A stretch of 64,000 nucleotides of DNA from an uncultured Anaerolineaceae bacterium (GCA_964487745.1 CAZASG010000002.1:46360-110359), one strand, 5' to 3'; numbered from the stretch's first letter, positions 1 to 8,951 are shown. Made by a program: numbers and translations. The notes: a model not told the origin generated them from the sequence alone.

Positions 1-499
1 TCACCAGCGCGATCTGTGTCCTTGCTTTGGGAACTTTCTCATTAAAGAGTGGCGTAGCAAGCTCTCCCCCTTCAATTGCCCACAGTGAAAATCCCTCCGC
101 ACGCAATTTTTCTGCAGCAAGAAGGGCGTTATTATGATATTCCCAATTCACCATTTTCTCGGCACCAATGGATGTCTTCGCCAGGCGCGGATTTTCCGGC
201 GTGGCCGTCATCCCGCAGAGATGCAGTTTGGCGATCCCCGTCGCTTCGGCCGTACGAAAGATAGAGCCTACATTGTAGAGGCTGCGGATATTATCTAACA
301 GGACGTGGACTTCGAGCGGATGCGGCGCATTCTCGCCTTTCCCAACCCGATGACGCTCATAGGCCTGCCCTATATTACACAGAGACGCGCCACACTTTGG
401 GCAGGCTTCTGTTATGGATTCACCTGCCAGCAGAGGAACACGAAATCGGCAACTCGCGTTCGTGCATTCGTAGGTGTGAAAAGTAGGAGAATCGTTCAT
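1..499 (-). CDS. SpoU/TrmH-family RNA 2'-O-methyltransferase with N-terminal zinc-ribbon; 3' end runs off the window
   Basis: Absent from the ORF track because no stop is reached. Reverse translation from the ATG (complement of 497-499) gives MNDSPTFHTYECTNASCRFRVPLLAGESITEACPKCGASL..., then LDNIRSLYNVGSIFRTAEATGIAKLHLCG, a SpoU-type motif. The frame stays open to nt 2. Confidence 0.7.
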   Translation of the reverse strand, partial: MNDSPTFHTYECTNASCRFRVPLLAGESITEACPKCGASLCNIGQAYERHRVGKGENAPHPLEVHVLLDNIRSLYNVGSIFRTAEATGIAKLHLCGMTATPENPRLAKTSIGAEKMVNWEYHNNALLAAEKLRAEGFSLWAIEGGELATPLFNEKVPKARTQIALV

Positions 500-546
500 T
501 TGCTAAAAAGGTTCTCCCCCCACTCGTGGGGGGAGCTAGAGAAGGG

Positions 547-1593
547 CTATTCCATGATCTTTGCTAAATTCTCATCAAAGGGTGGATAGACCACACCCTT
601 TTCAGTGATGATGGCGGTGATGTATTTGGCTGGGGTCACATCAAAGGCGGGATTGCCGACATCGACACCATCCGGCGTGATCTGGCATTCGCGGAAGTGC
701 GTGATCTCACTCGCCGGGCGTTCTTCGATCTCGATCTCATCGCCGTGTTTGGTCGCCATGTCGATGGTCGTCGTCGGGGCTGCGACGTAGAAGGGCACAC
801 CATTCTCGTGCGCCACGACCGCTAAATTATACGTCCCGATCTTGTTGGCGACATCGCCATTCGCGGCGACACGATCGGTGCCGACGACGCACAAGTCCAC
901 GCCGAGGGTGCGCATGAAGTGGCCGGAAGCCCCGTCCACGATGACTTTAAACGGAACACCTTGCTCTTTGAGTTCATACGCCGACAAACGCCCACCCTGT
1001 AAACGCGGGCGCGTCTCGTCGAGCAGGGCGAGGACATCCCTCCCGTTTTCGTGCGCAGTGCGGATCACGCCCAACGCTGTCCCATAATCCACAGTGGCGA
1101 GGCTGCCGGTATTGCAGTGATGGATGATGGTGGCCTTTTCGGGGATGAGGGGCAGCGCGTTCATGCCGATGGCTTTGTTGATGGCGACATCTTCCTCGGC
1201 GATGGCGTGGGCTTCGGTGAGAGTGGCTTCTTGCATGGCAGCGACGCTATCGAGCTCGGGGTCGGCGATGCGCTTCTTCATACGATCTAATGCCCAAAAG
1301 AGATTGACAGCCGTTGGGCGAGATCGTGCCAAAACGTCGGATGCTTCTGCAAGCTCTGCGCGGAGAGATTCGGCATTAGTAGATTTTGTGTGGTGAGCAG
1401 TGAGCACCATACCGTAAGCCGCCGCTGCGCCGATGGCGGGTGCGCCACGAATGACCATATCGGTGATGGCCTGGGCGACTTCGCTGTGGGTTTTGTAGTC
1501 GTTGTAAACCGTTTCGTGGGGAAGTACGCGCTGGTCTAGCATGCGGACGATGCCTTCTTCGTTCAAAAATTCGATGCTGCGGAATGCGTTCAT
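547..1593 (-). CDS. mtnA: S-methyl-5-thioribose-1-phosphate isomerase (eIF-2B alpha/beta/delta family)
   Basis: 348 aa. Canonical MtnA motifs are present: LDQRVLPHE, VIRGAPAIGAAAAYG, HHCNTGSLATVDYGTALG, DETRPRLQGGRL, VGTDRVAANGDVANKIGTY. AGGAG lies 7 nt upstream of the ATG. Confidence 0.85.
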   Translation of the reverse strand: MNAFRSIEFLNEEGIVRMLDQRVLPHETVYNDYKTHSEVAQAITDMVIRGAPAIGAAAAYGMVLTAHHTKSTNAESLRAELAEASDVLARSRPTAVNLFWALDRMKKRIADPELDSVAAMQEATLTEAHAIAEEDVAINKAIGMNALPLIPEKATIIHHCNTGSLATVDYGTALGVIRTAHENGRDVLALLDETRPRLQGGRLSAYELKEQGVPFKVIVDGASGHFMRTLGVDLCVVGTDRVAANGDVANKIGTYNLAVVAHENGVPFYVAAPTTTIDMATKHGDEIEIEERPASEITHFRECQITPDGVDVGNPAFDVTPAKYITAIITEKGVVYPPFDENLAKIME

Positions 1594-1608
1594 TTTTTGC
1601 TCCTGATT

Positions 1609-2004
1609 TTATTGGTATTCATTTGTTACCTCTTCGTGCGGCAACACGATACTAATATACAATGAATATTCCTGACCATCTTGAATAAATAGTTGACCCA
1701 TTTCAACATTATCAAAAAGCATGTAAATTTCTTTCGCCACTTCTCCTTCAATATAGCCCAGTGTATCTAAACTATCTAGAGACGGTAAATGCTCTCTCCA
1801 AGGAAGTGCAACTTCAGGCAAATTCTCGTCATAAGGACTCCTTCCACTCACTCTCAAGACAAGAATACGATCCGGATAATATGGCTGTATTTCTGTTGGC
1901 TCATATGCATCCAGATATTGCAAAATGTTTTTCATTTCAGGGATTAAAAACTGCATATCCGGCTCATAGGCACAGAGATGTTGTGAAGTATCCAAATTGA
2001 CCAA
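1609..2004 (-). CDS. hypothetical protein; probably the displaced C-terminal part of the upstream lipoprotein gene (homopolymer frameshift)
   Basis: 131-aa ORF whose only start is TTG, with no SD. Its frame is open upstream to a TAG at 2094-2096 and overlaps the end of ORF 2075-2497. AT-rich. Its stop lies 15 nt before the mtnA start. Confidence 0.35.
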   Translation of the reverse strand: MVNLDTSQHLCAYEPDMQFLIPEMKNILQYLDAYEPTEIQPYYPDRILVLRVSGRSPYDENLPEVALPWREHLPSLDSLDTLGYIEGEVAKEIYMLFDNVEMGQLFIQDGQEYSLYISIVLPHEEVTNEYQ

Positions 2005-2074
2005 AACACAATGGAAAAGTCCATCATAGCTCTGTACATAATTATCTCCATAATCATAAAGCTTATCTGTGGAA

Positions 2075-2497
2075 TTATGTTTTTTTATTTGATTCTAGCA
2101 AGAAAAACCCCAATACTTCTAAATTTGAGATGAATTGATCTACTTCTGCTGACGACAGTATTTTTTGACGATAAGTATCACCAGTGATAACCATTTGACC
2201 ATCATCATACAAAATAATTCTTGAATAGGTCCGAAGTGAATCGAGACGAAAGAAAGAATCATAAACTGAGTGGAATCCAACATCATAGTAATCAAAGATT
2301 ACTTGCTTATTAGGATAATGGGGAAGTGGTGTAATTGTTGCAGTAGATAGCAATGCTGAGGGGGTAGCTTTCGTAGGGGAGAAAGTTGAGGTAGTTTCAG
2401 GAAGAGTAGTAGGAAGTGCTACTGGGTCATTACAGGAAACTAACAGGAGAATTAATAAAACAAACACTATTCCCTTAATAATGTTTTTCTTAGGCAT
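2075..2497 (-). CDS. putative lipoprotein of unknown function (possibly truncated by a frameshift)
   Basis: Start moved to the internal ATG (MPKKNIIKGIVFVLLILLLVSCNDP), which gives a lipobox-type signal (LLVSC). The longer ORF-track start would overlap the upstream isomerase gene. Confidence 0.5.
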   Translation of the reverse strand: MPKKNIIKGIVFVLLILLLVSCNDPVALPTTLPETTSTFSPTKATPSALLSTATITPLPHYPNKQVIFDYYDVGFHSVYDSFFRLDSLRTYSRIILYDDGQMVITGDTYRQKILSSAEVDQFISNLEVLGFFLLESNKKT

Positions 2498-2528
2498 AAC
2501 ATCTCCAAAGGTTACAGTCACTTGGCGT

Positions 2529-3629
2529 TTATCGCTTCTCAGGGTACAAGCCAAGCACCCCTTTTTCCGACGCATCACAAATCCCGCGCTCGGTGATGAG
2601 CCCCGTTACAAGCCGAGCGGGCGTGACATCAAAGGCGAAGTTAGCGGCGGGGCTATCTTTGGGAGTGAGCAGAACACTCTTGATCTCGCCCTCGTGCAAG
2701 CCTTGGATATAGCGCACTTCTTCGCCGCCACGTTGTTCGATGGGCACTTCCTTGACGCCATCACGCATGGTCCAATCGAAGGTGGAGAAAGGCAGGGCTG
2801 TATAGAAAGGCACATCATTATCAAACGCCGCCAGAGCTTTTAGGTAAGTACCAATCTTGTTACCCACATCACCGGTATAGGTCGTGCGGTCAGAGCCGGT
2901 GATGACGATATCAACGAGGCCATGCTGCATGAGATGCCCGCCGACGTTATCGGCGATGACGGTATGCGGCACGCCGTGCTGACCGAGTTCCCAGGCCGTG
3001 AGGCGTGCGCCCTGGTTGCGTGGACGGGTTTCGTCCACCCAAACGTGGACTTTGATGCTTTTATCGTGAGCGGCATAAATCGGTGCGGTAGCGGAACCAT
3101 AATCGACAAAAGCGAGCCAGCCAGCGTTGCAATGGGTGAGGATGTTGACCACGTCACCGCCCTTTTTCTGGCTGATCTCTGCGATGAGGGAGACACCATG
3201 CTCCCCAAGCCGACGGCAGAATTCGGCATCTTCGTCGGCGATGAGTTGGGCGGTTTCGCGAGCGACACGGACGGGGTCATCCACATCGGGAGCGGAGATG
3301 GCTTCAAGCTGCCGATCCACTGCCCATGCCAGGTTAACGGCTGTTGGTCGGGTTTCTTTGAGCTGCTTGCCAGCGGTAGCAAGTGCGGAGGAGAATGAAT
3401 CGGCGGGCGCGTGCAGGGCAGCGATATACATCCCAAATCCCGCCGTTGCGCCGATCAATCCCGCTCCACGAACATGCATATCCTTGATGGCACGTGCTAC
3501 GTCAGTTACTGTCTTCAGGTCTTCAATTACGAATTTGTGAGGCAGGTGTCGCTGGTCGATGATCTGAACGAGGTTGGGATCATCCTCCTTTAGCCAAATG
3601 GTGCGGTAATGTTTTCCGTCAATATTCAT
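2529..3629 (-). CDS. divergent MtnA/eIF-2B-family sugar-phosphate isomerase paralogue (substrate uncertain)
   Basis: 366 aa. Family motifs are present but altered: IDQRHLPHK, VRGAGLIGATAGFG, THCNAGWLAFVDYGSA, DETRPRNQGARL, TGSDRTTYTGDVGNKIGTY. The catalytic Cys and Asp positions appear retained. Confidence 0.75.
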   Translation of the reverse strand: MNIDGKHYRTIWLKEDDPNLVQIIDQRHLPHKFVIEDLKTVTDVARAIKDMHVRGAGLIGATAGFGMYIAALHAPADSFSSALATAGKQLKETRPTAVNLAWAVDRQLEAISAPDVDDPVRVARETAQLIADEDAEFCRRLGEHGVSLIAEISQKKGGDVVNILTHCNAGWLAFVDYGSATAPIYAAHDKSIKVHVWVDETRPRNQGARLTAWELGQHGVPHTVIADNVGGHLMQHGLVDIVITGSDRTTYTGDVGNKIGTYLKALAAFDNDVPFYTALPFSTFDWTMRDGVKEVPIEQRGGEEVRYIQGLHEGEIKSVLLTPKDSPAANFAFDVTPARLVTGLITERGICDASEKGVLGLYPEKR

Positions 3630-3816
3630 TTTTTATCCTGTCGTTGTTTTGGTCTTCATTCTACCGAAAAAAAGGCTTTTTGGGCATGAAATTATCATTT
3701 AGCAGGGGGTGAAAAAGTTGTATGACAAGTCACTATTTATTCGTTACAAATTTCACTAATTGATATTGTGAAAGATGTTACAAATAGATTGATTTGACCA
3801 ACCTTATGAGGAAACC

Positions 3817-4305
3817 ATGAACGTCAAAAAAACTCCCAGAGAAATTTTGCAAGAAATCGCCTGGTTCAGCGAACTAAAGCCTGAACACTTCGAGAAGCTG
3901 GCAGAAATTGCCAGTATTCATGAACTCCCGGCTGATTCGGAGGTCTTTCGCGAAGGCGACAGGCAAGACAAGCTTTATATTGTTGTCGAAGGACGTGTAG
4001 CACTTGAGATATTTATCCCCCATCAAGGCAGACTGCGCATTTTGACTGCCGAGGCGATGGATGTAATCGGCTGGTCTGCAGTGACCCCGGGCATGAGAAC
4101 ACGCACCGCTTCTGCCAAAACAGTTATCCCCAGCACATTGATCGGGATCGATTCAGAAGCCCTGCGTGAGATCAGCAAAGAAGACCATGAATTCGGTTAT
4201 ATCGTCATGCGCCGGATTGCCAATATTGTTGCCAGCCGCCTGATGGTCACCCGTCTGCAACTGCTCGATATGTTCGCTGCTCCCAGCGAGGAGAGTGAAG
4301 CATGA
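3817..4305 (+). CDS. stand-alone cyclic-nucleotide-binding (CAP effector-type) domain protein, no DNA-binding domain
   Basis: 162 aa with the cNMP-domain pattern FREGDRQDKLYIVVEGRVALE...IGWSAV...RTASAKT. SD GAGGAA lies upstream. Its TGA overlaps the ATG of the next gene (ATGA at 4302-4305). Confidence 0.7.
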   Translation: MNVKKTPREILQEIAWFSELKPEHFEKLAEIASIHELPADSEVFREGDRQDKLYIVVEGRVALEIFIPHQGRLRILTAEAMDVIGWSAVTPGMRTRTASAKTVIPSTLIGIDSEALREISKEDHEFGYIVMRRIANIVASRLMVTRLQLLDMFAAPSEESEA

Positions 4306-5423
4306 GCGAAGAAAGACTTGAGATCGGCAGCACTTATGTACTGAAGAAAACTGATTTTGATACTCTGCTTGACCGTCTTCATGAGAAGGGTTTTGAAACG
4401 ATTGGCGCAAAAGTCGAGAATGAGACGCTGGTTTATGTCCCCATCTCAAAACTGGACGATTTCCCTCAAGGCTATGTCTCGGAGCAGGAAGCCGGGCACT
4501 TCCGTCTGACACAAACCAATCACGAACGCTATTTCGACTACATCCCCGGTGCCCATTCGTGGAAACAATTTCTCTTCCCCTCCCGCACTGAGCTATTCAC
4601 CCTGCGCAAGAACGGGAATTGGCAGACCGAACTTCCCAGCGAAGATCAGCCTAAATACGCCTTTATTGGCGTGCGTGGCTGCGAGTTGAGCGCCATCCAA
4701 ATTCAAGATGGGATTTTCATGCGTGAAGATTTCACCGATCCCGTTTACGCGAAACGGCGCCAAAATCTTTTCATCCTAACGATCAACTGTCTGCACCCGG
4801 CAAATGCCTGTTTCTGTACATCCATGGAAACGGGACCCAAAGCAGGCGCCGGTTTCGATCTTTCGCTGACCGAGCTCGATGATGTTTTCCTGCTGGAAGT
4901 CGGGTCAGAAATGGGACGCCTGATCTTACAGGGGATGCCCCTCGAGGCAGCCAGTGGCTTCGTCTTGCAGGCGGCACAAAAGGGACTTGAACGTGCTGCC
5001 CGTCAAATGACACGAGAACTCGACACGAGCGATCTGCCCCAACTGATGCTATCGAATCTCGATCATCCCCATTGGCATGAGATCGCCGAACGCTGTCTCT
5101 CCTGCGGGAACTGCACCCAGGTCTGCCCGACCTGCTTCTGCTGGGACACGGTAGACACATCCGATCTGCTTGGCAAAGAAACCAAGCGAGAACGTGTCTG
5201 GGACTCTTGCTTCAATATCGGTTATTCGTATCAGGCTGGCGGAAATACCCGACCCACCATCCACGCCCGCTATCGCCAATGGCTCAGTCACAAATTGGGC
5301 ACATGGAAAGAACAGAACGGCACGTTGGGCTGTGTTGGCTGTGGTCGCTGCATCGTCTGGTGTCCGGCTGGCATTGACCTGACAGAGGAAGTCCCTGCTT
5401 TCCGGGAGGATAAAAAGGCATGA
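4302..5423 (+). CDS. hydB: [NiFe]-hydrogenase group 3b beta subunit (AsrA-like 4Fe-4S protein)
   Basis: 373 aa with two ferredoxin-type clusters, [16 protein letters not shown] and [16 protein letters not shown]. Its position and order match the sulfhydrogenase beta-gamma-delta-alpha operon. Confidence 0.8.
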   Translation: MSEERLEIGSTYVLKKTDFDTLLDRLHEKGFETIGAKVENETLVYVPISKLDDFPQGYVSEQEAGHFRLTQTNHERYFDYIPGAHSWKQFLFPSRTELFTLRKNGNWQTELPSEDQPKYAFIGVRGCELSAIQIQDGIFMREDFTDPVYAKRRQNLFILTINCLHPANACFCTSMETGPKAGAGFDLSLTELDDVFLLEVGSEMGRLILQGMPLEAASGFVLQAAQKGLERAARQMTRELDTSDLPQLMLSNLDHPHWHEIAERCLSCGNCTQVCPTCFCWDTVDTSDLLGKETKRERVWDSCFNIGYSYQAGGNTRPTIHARYRQWLSHKLGTWKEQNGTLGCVGCGRCIVWCPAGIDLTEEVPAFREDKKA

Positions 5424-6286
5424 CAACGATAATGACAAAACCTGCTGCTGTACATGAAGAAGCTCCTCTTGCTCCTCATTGGGCTGAAGTAATTGAGATC
5501 ACCCCCGAAGCTGAAGGCATCTCAACTTATTGGTTGAAATTGCAGGATGAAAATCTGGCGAAAACCTACAGCTTTCTGCCTGGGCAGTTCAATATGGTCT
5601 ATATTCCCGGGTATGGCGAGGCTGCCATTTCCATCAGTTCCGACCCCGAAGATCGCACCCGCATTGGGCATACCATCCGCTTCGTCGGTAACGTGACCCG
5701 CGCCGTTAGCCGCCTGAAGGTCGGCGATGTAGTCGGCATCCGCGGACCTTTCGGTACGCCCTGGCCTATGGACGAACTCGAAGGTCTCGATGTAACCATC
5801 GCTGGTGGCGGTATTGGGCTGGCCCCATTACGCCCAGCCATTTATCACATCATGAACCATCGTGAGCGCTATGGCAAAGTGCATATTCTCTACGGTGCTC
5901 GTACTCCTAACGACATGCTTTATCCCGAAGAATATGCAAAATGGGAAGAACACGATATCCAGATTGCTACAACTGTTGACCGCGCCGATGATAGCTGGAC
6001 AGGCTCCGTAGGTGTTGTACCGATGCTCTTTTATCGCTATCGTATGGATGCCCCCAAATCAGTGGTACTGACCTGTGGCCCTGAGATCATGATCCGTTTT
6101 GTGATCTTCGAAGGTCTCGCACGCCGCGTACCTGCCGACCATATCTACGTCTCTCTTGAGCGCAATATGAAATGCGGGCAAGGCTCCTGTGGACATTGTC
6201 AAATGGGGCAATATTTCATCTGCAAAGATGGTCCCGTCTTCCGCTTTGATCAATTGGAAGATTTCTTCAACGTGGAGGAATTCTAA
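5420..6286 (+). CDS. hydG: [NiFe]-hydrogenase group 3b gamma subunit (FNR-like FAD/NAD(P)-binding protein with C-terminal 2Fe-2S)
   Basis: 288 aa. Contains [17 protein letters not shown] and the C-terminal [12 protein letters not shown]...C cluster (PyrK/AsrB-like). ATGA overlap with hydB. Confidence 0.8.
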   Translation: MTTIMTKPAAVHEEAPLAPHWAEVIEITPEAEGISTYWLKLQDENLAKTYSFLPGQFNMVYIPGYGEAAISISSDPEDRTRIGHTIRFVGNVTRAVSRLKVGDVVGIRGPFGTPWPMDELEGLDVTIAGGGIGLAPLRPAIYHIMNHRERYGKVHILYGARTPNDMLYPEEYAKWEEHDIQIATTVDRADDSWTGSVGVVPMLFYRYRMDAPKSVVLTCGPEIMIRFVIFEGLARRVPADHIYVSLERNMKCGQGSCGHCQMGQYFICKDGPVFRFDQLEDFFNVEEF

Positions 6287-7065
6287 TGGCTAAACCCACC
6301 GTTGCCGTACATAAATTCTCGTCCTGTGATGGATGCCAACTCCAGATATTGAATATGGAAGATGAAATTCTCGATCTGGCAGAAGCCATCGACATCGCTT
6401 ATTTCCTCGAAGCAACCCGAGATTCCCGACCGGGGCCCTACGACATTTCCATTGTCGAAGGGTCGGTTACGACCGAACATGAGATCAAGCGCATCAAGAA
6501 GATCCGCCGTGAATCCGACCTGCTGATCGCCATCGGCACCTGTGCCACAGCCGGCGGTATTCAGGCGCTGCGTAATATCGCCGATGCGGATGAATATGCC
6601 AATATCGTTTATCCCCGCTCTGAATATCTGAGCTATTTGAAGCAGGCTGCGCCCATTTCCGAGTATGTACGCGTGGATATGGAGTTGTGGGGCTGCCCGA
6701 TCAACAAATACCAATTATTGGAAGTGATCGTTGCCCTGCTCCAAAATCGTCGTCCCGTGCTGCCGCAAACCAGTGTTTGTATGGAGTGTAAGCAGGCAGG
6801 CACGATCTGCGTGTTGGTGTCTGAGGGAGCACCCTGTATCGGTCCGGCAACCCAGGCCGGGTGTGGAGCGGTCTGCCCCACCAGCGGCCGAGGGTGTTAC
6901 GGATGTTTCGGTCCGGTCACCCAGGCAAATACCGAATCGCTCTCCGACATCCTGACATCGGTTGAACGCTACCCTGGCGAGACCCGTCAGCTCTTTAGTA
7001 ATATCAGCAACTTTGCGCCTGTCTTCCACGAAGCAGCGAAGAAACTTGAAGAGAAGGAGGCATAG
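6286..7065 (+). CDS. hydD: [NiFe]-hydrogenase group 3b delta (small, NuoB-like) subunit
   Basis: 259 aa. N-terminal SSCDGCQ, GTCATAGG and C-terminal Cys clusters are present. Its start overlaps the hydG stop (TAATG). Confidence 0.85.
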   Translation: MAKPTVAVHKFSSCDGCQLQILNMEDEILDLAEAIDIAYFLEATRDSRPGPYDISIVEGSVTTEHEIKRIKKIRRESDLLIAIGTCATAGGIQALRNIADADEYANIVYPRSEYLSYLKQAAPISEYVRVDMELWGCPINKYQLLEVIVALLQNRRPVLPQTSVCMECKQAGTICVLVSEGAPCIGPATQAGCGAVCPTSGRGCYGCFGPVTQANTESLSDILTSVERYPGETRQLFSNISNFAPVFHEAAKKLEEKEA

Positions 7066-7066
7066 T

Positions 7067-8353
7067 ATGGGCAAGAGAATTTCAGTGCCGGAATTGGCAC
7101 GCGTTGAGGGTGAAGGCGGTCTGCATATCGCCCTGGAAGGCGATAAAATTGAAGAACTGCGACTGGATATTTACGAGCCACCGCGCTTTTTTGAAGGCTT
7201 TTTACAGGGGCGCTATTTGCAGGAAGTGCCCGACATCACCGCCCGCATCTGCGGTATTTGCCCTGTGGCGTATCAGATGAGTTCTGTCTACGCGCTGGAA
7301 AAAGCCGTTGGTGCCGAAATCACGCCCGATATTCGCAAATTACGCCGCCTGCTCTATTGTGGCGAATATATCGAGAGCCACGCCCTGCATATTTATATGC
7401 TTCAGGCTCCCGACCTTCTAGGATATGAGAGTGCGCTCAGTTTGGCAGCCGTTGCGCCTGATGTGGTAAAAACGGCTTTGCGCCTGAAGAAGATCGGCAA
7501 CCAACTGCTGCGCAATATCGGTGGGCGTTCTGTACATCCCGTCAGCGCAATGGTGGGCGGTTTCTATCGCTGGCCCAAAGCCGAGAAACTTAAAGAGATG
7601 CTCCCTGATCTACGCTGGGGACTGGAAGCCTCCAAAGAGACGGTACGCTGGTCTATAACACTGCCCTATCCCGAAATGGACGTGGATTACGAATTCGTTG
7701 CCCTGACTTTACCTGACGAATACGCCATCATCGAAGGCAACGTGCTTTCGAGCAAGACCGGCACGATTCCCATCGAAAAGTTTATTGATATTTACCCTGA
7801 AAAGCACGTCCGCCACTCAAATGCGCTCCACAGCCTGAATGCAAAAGGTGACCCTTATCTGGTCGGTCCGCTGGCACGCTTGAATCTAAACCATGAGAAA
7901 CTGCATCCGGAAGCAAAGGCGATCGTGGATGAGTTGGATCTCGAATTCCCGATCACAAACCCCTACAAGGCGCTGATCGCTCGTGCAGTGGAGTTGGTCG
8001 ATGCATATGCCCTGGCAATTGACCTGATCGAAAATTACGCCCCTGAAGGTCCCAGCCATGTAAAGCTGGATTTGAAAGTTGGCAAAGGCTGTGCCGGGAC
8101 GGAAGCGCCGCGCGGTCTGCTCTATCACGACTACGAAGTGGACGAGAAGGGCTTCGTCCAGAGTGCGCATATCATGCCGCCCACGGCGCAGAACCTGGCA
8201 CGCATTGAAGAAGATTTACGCCAACTAATCCCGCAAGTGATCGACAAGCCCCAAGACGAAGCGACGCTGGATTGCGAGCATTTGATCCGCTCTTATGATC
8301 CGTGCATTTCTTGTGCAACGCATTTCTTGACGTTGAATATCGAAAGAAAATAA
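7067..8353 (+). CDS. hydA: [NiFe]-hydrogenase group 3b alpha (large, Ni-Fe) subunit
   Basis: Start set at the ATG at 7067 (GAAGGAGG 6 nt upstream; 1 nt after the hydD stop), giving 428 aa. N-terminal RICGICPVAY and C-terminal DPCISCATH Ni-binding motifs are present, followed by a short cleavable tail. Confidence 0.9.
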   Translation: MGKRISVPELARVEGEGGLHIALEGDKIEELRLDIYEPPRFFEGFLQGRYLQEVPDITARICGICPVAYQMSSVYALEKAVGAEITPDIRKLRRLLYCGEYIESHALHIYMLQAPDLLGYESALSLAAVAPDVVKTALRLKKIGNQLLRNIGGRSVHPVSAMVGGFYRWPKAEKLKEMLPDLRWGLEASKETVRWSITLPYPEMDVDYEFVALTLPDEYAIIEGNVLSSKTGTIPIEKFIDIYPEKHVRHSNALHSLNAKGDPYLVGPLARLNLNHEKLHPEAKAIVDELDLEFPITNPYKALIARAVELVDAYALAIDLIENYAPEGPSHVKLDLKVGKGCAGTEAPRGLLYHDYEVDEKGFVQSAHIMPPTAQNLARIEEDLRQLIPQVIDKPQDEATLDCEHLIRSYDPCISCATHFLTLNIERK

Positions 8354-8380
8354 CCCTTGCCCCTCTGCCCTATCGGGCAT

Positions 8381-8420
8381 CTCCCCCAAATGCGACAAAA
8401 AGATATCGAATTTGGGGGAG
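8381..8420 (+). promoter_or_regulatory. perfect 11-bp hairpin whose 3' arm contains the putative SD of the protease gene
   Basis: CTCCCCCAAAT (8381-8391) and ATTTGGGGGAG (8410-8420) are exact reverse complements with an 18-nt loop. GGGGGAG is the only SD-like element before the ATG at 8433. Confidence 0.4.
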
Positions 8421-8432
8421 AAAAATAACCCT

Positions 8433-8906
8433 ATGAAAAAAATCATCCTTATCGGCATCGGACAAAAATTACGTGGCGATGATGCTGTTGGTCCCGAGGT
8501 GGTTCAAGCGTGGGAACGACAATATTCTGAAAGCGCAAAGCATGTGCGCGTGGAGATCAGCCAACTCCCCGGCCTAGAGCTATTGGGCTTGTTCGGGGAT
8601 ACGGAAATCGCCATTTTGGTGGATGCCGTTCAAAGTGGGGGCGAAGCGGGTACGGTACACGTCACGGGGCTCGACCAAGTTGTTTCCTTTGGAGCAGGTT
8701 CCGGGTCCGTGCATGGCTTCGGCGTTGCAGAGACGTTGGCGCTCGGTCAACAGGTCGATCCCGACGCCATCCCGGAGAAAGTCATCATTATCGGCATCGA
8801 AGCGGGGAATATGGATTTGGGGAAACCGATCAGCGAAGCGGTACGAGCGAGCATCCCTGATGCGGTGAGGAAGATCGAAGAAATTATCCAGAAAGACAGG
8901 GATTAA
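8433..8906 (+). CDS. hydrogenase maturation endopeptidase (HycI/HoxW family)
   Basis: MKKIILIGIGQKLRGDDAVGPEVV matches the GxGxxxxxDDxxG protease N-terminus. The ORF-track start at 8412 is a TTG; the ATG at 8433 is preferred. Confidence 0.8.
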   Translation: MKKIILIGIGQKLRGDDAVGPEVVQAWERQYSESAKHVRVEISQLPGLELLGLFGDTEIAILVDAVQSGGEAGTVHVTGLDQVVSFGAGSGSVHGFGVAETLALGQQVDPDAIPEKVIIIGIEAGNMDLGKPISEAVRASIPDAVRKIEEIIQKDRD

Positions 8907-8910
8907 AGAC

Positions 8911-8940
8911 AAAATCGGGAGCCAAATGGCTCCCGATTTT
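8911..8940. terminator. bidirectional rho-independent terminator between convergent genes
   Basis: AAAATCGGGAGCC-AAAT-GGCTCCCGATTTT forms a 13-bp perfect stem. A-run and T-run flanks serve both strands. Confidence 0.7.
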
Positions 8941-8951
8941 GTTTAGAGCAA

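Noticed and set aside
2840-3436. 198-aa alternative-frame minus-strand ORF inside the second isomerase gene (similarly 56353-57030 inside the GH13_18 gene)
   Set aside because: It is on the same strand but out of frame with a motif-rich CDS. The product is Pro/Ser/Arg-rich, which is typical of off-frame translation of GC-rich coding DNA.
6962-7066. N-terminal 35-codon extension of the hydrogenase large subunit in the ORF track
   Set aside because: It would overlap hydD by about 100 nt. The ATG at 7067 has a GAAGGAGG SD and yields the expected 428-aa subunit beginning MGKRISV...VEGEG.
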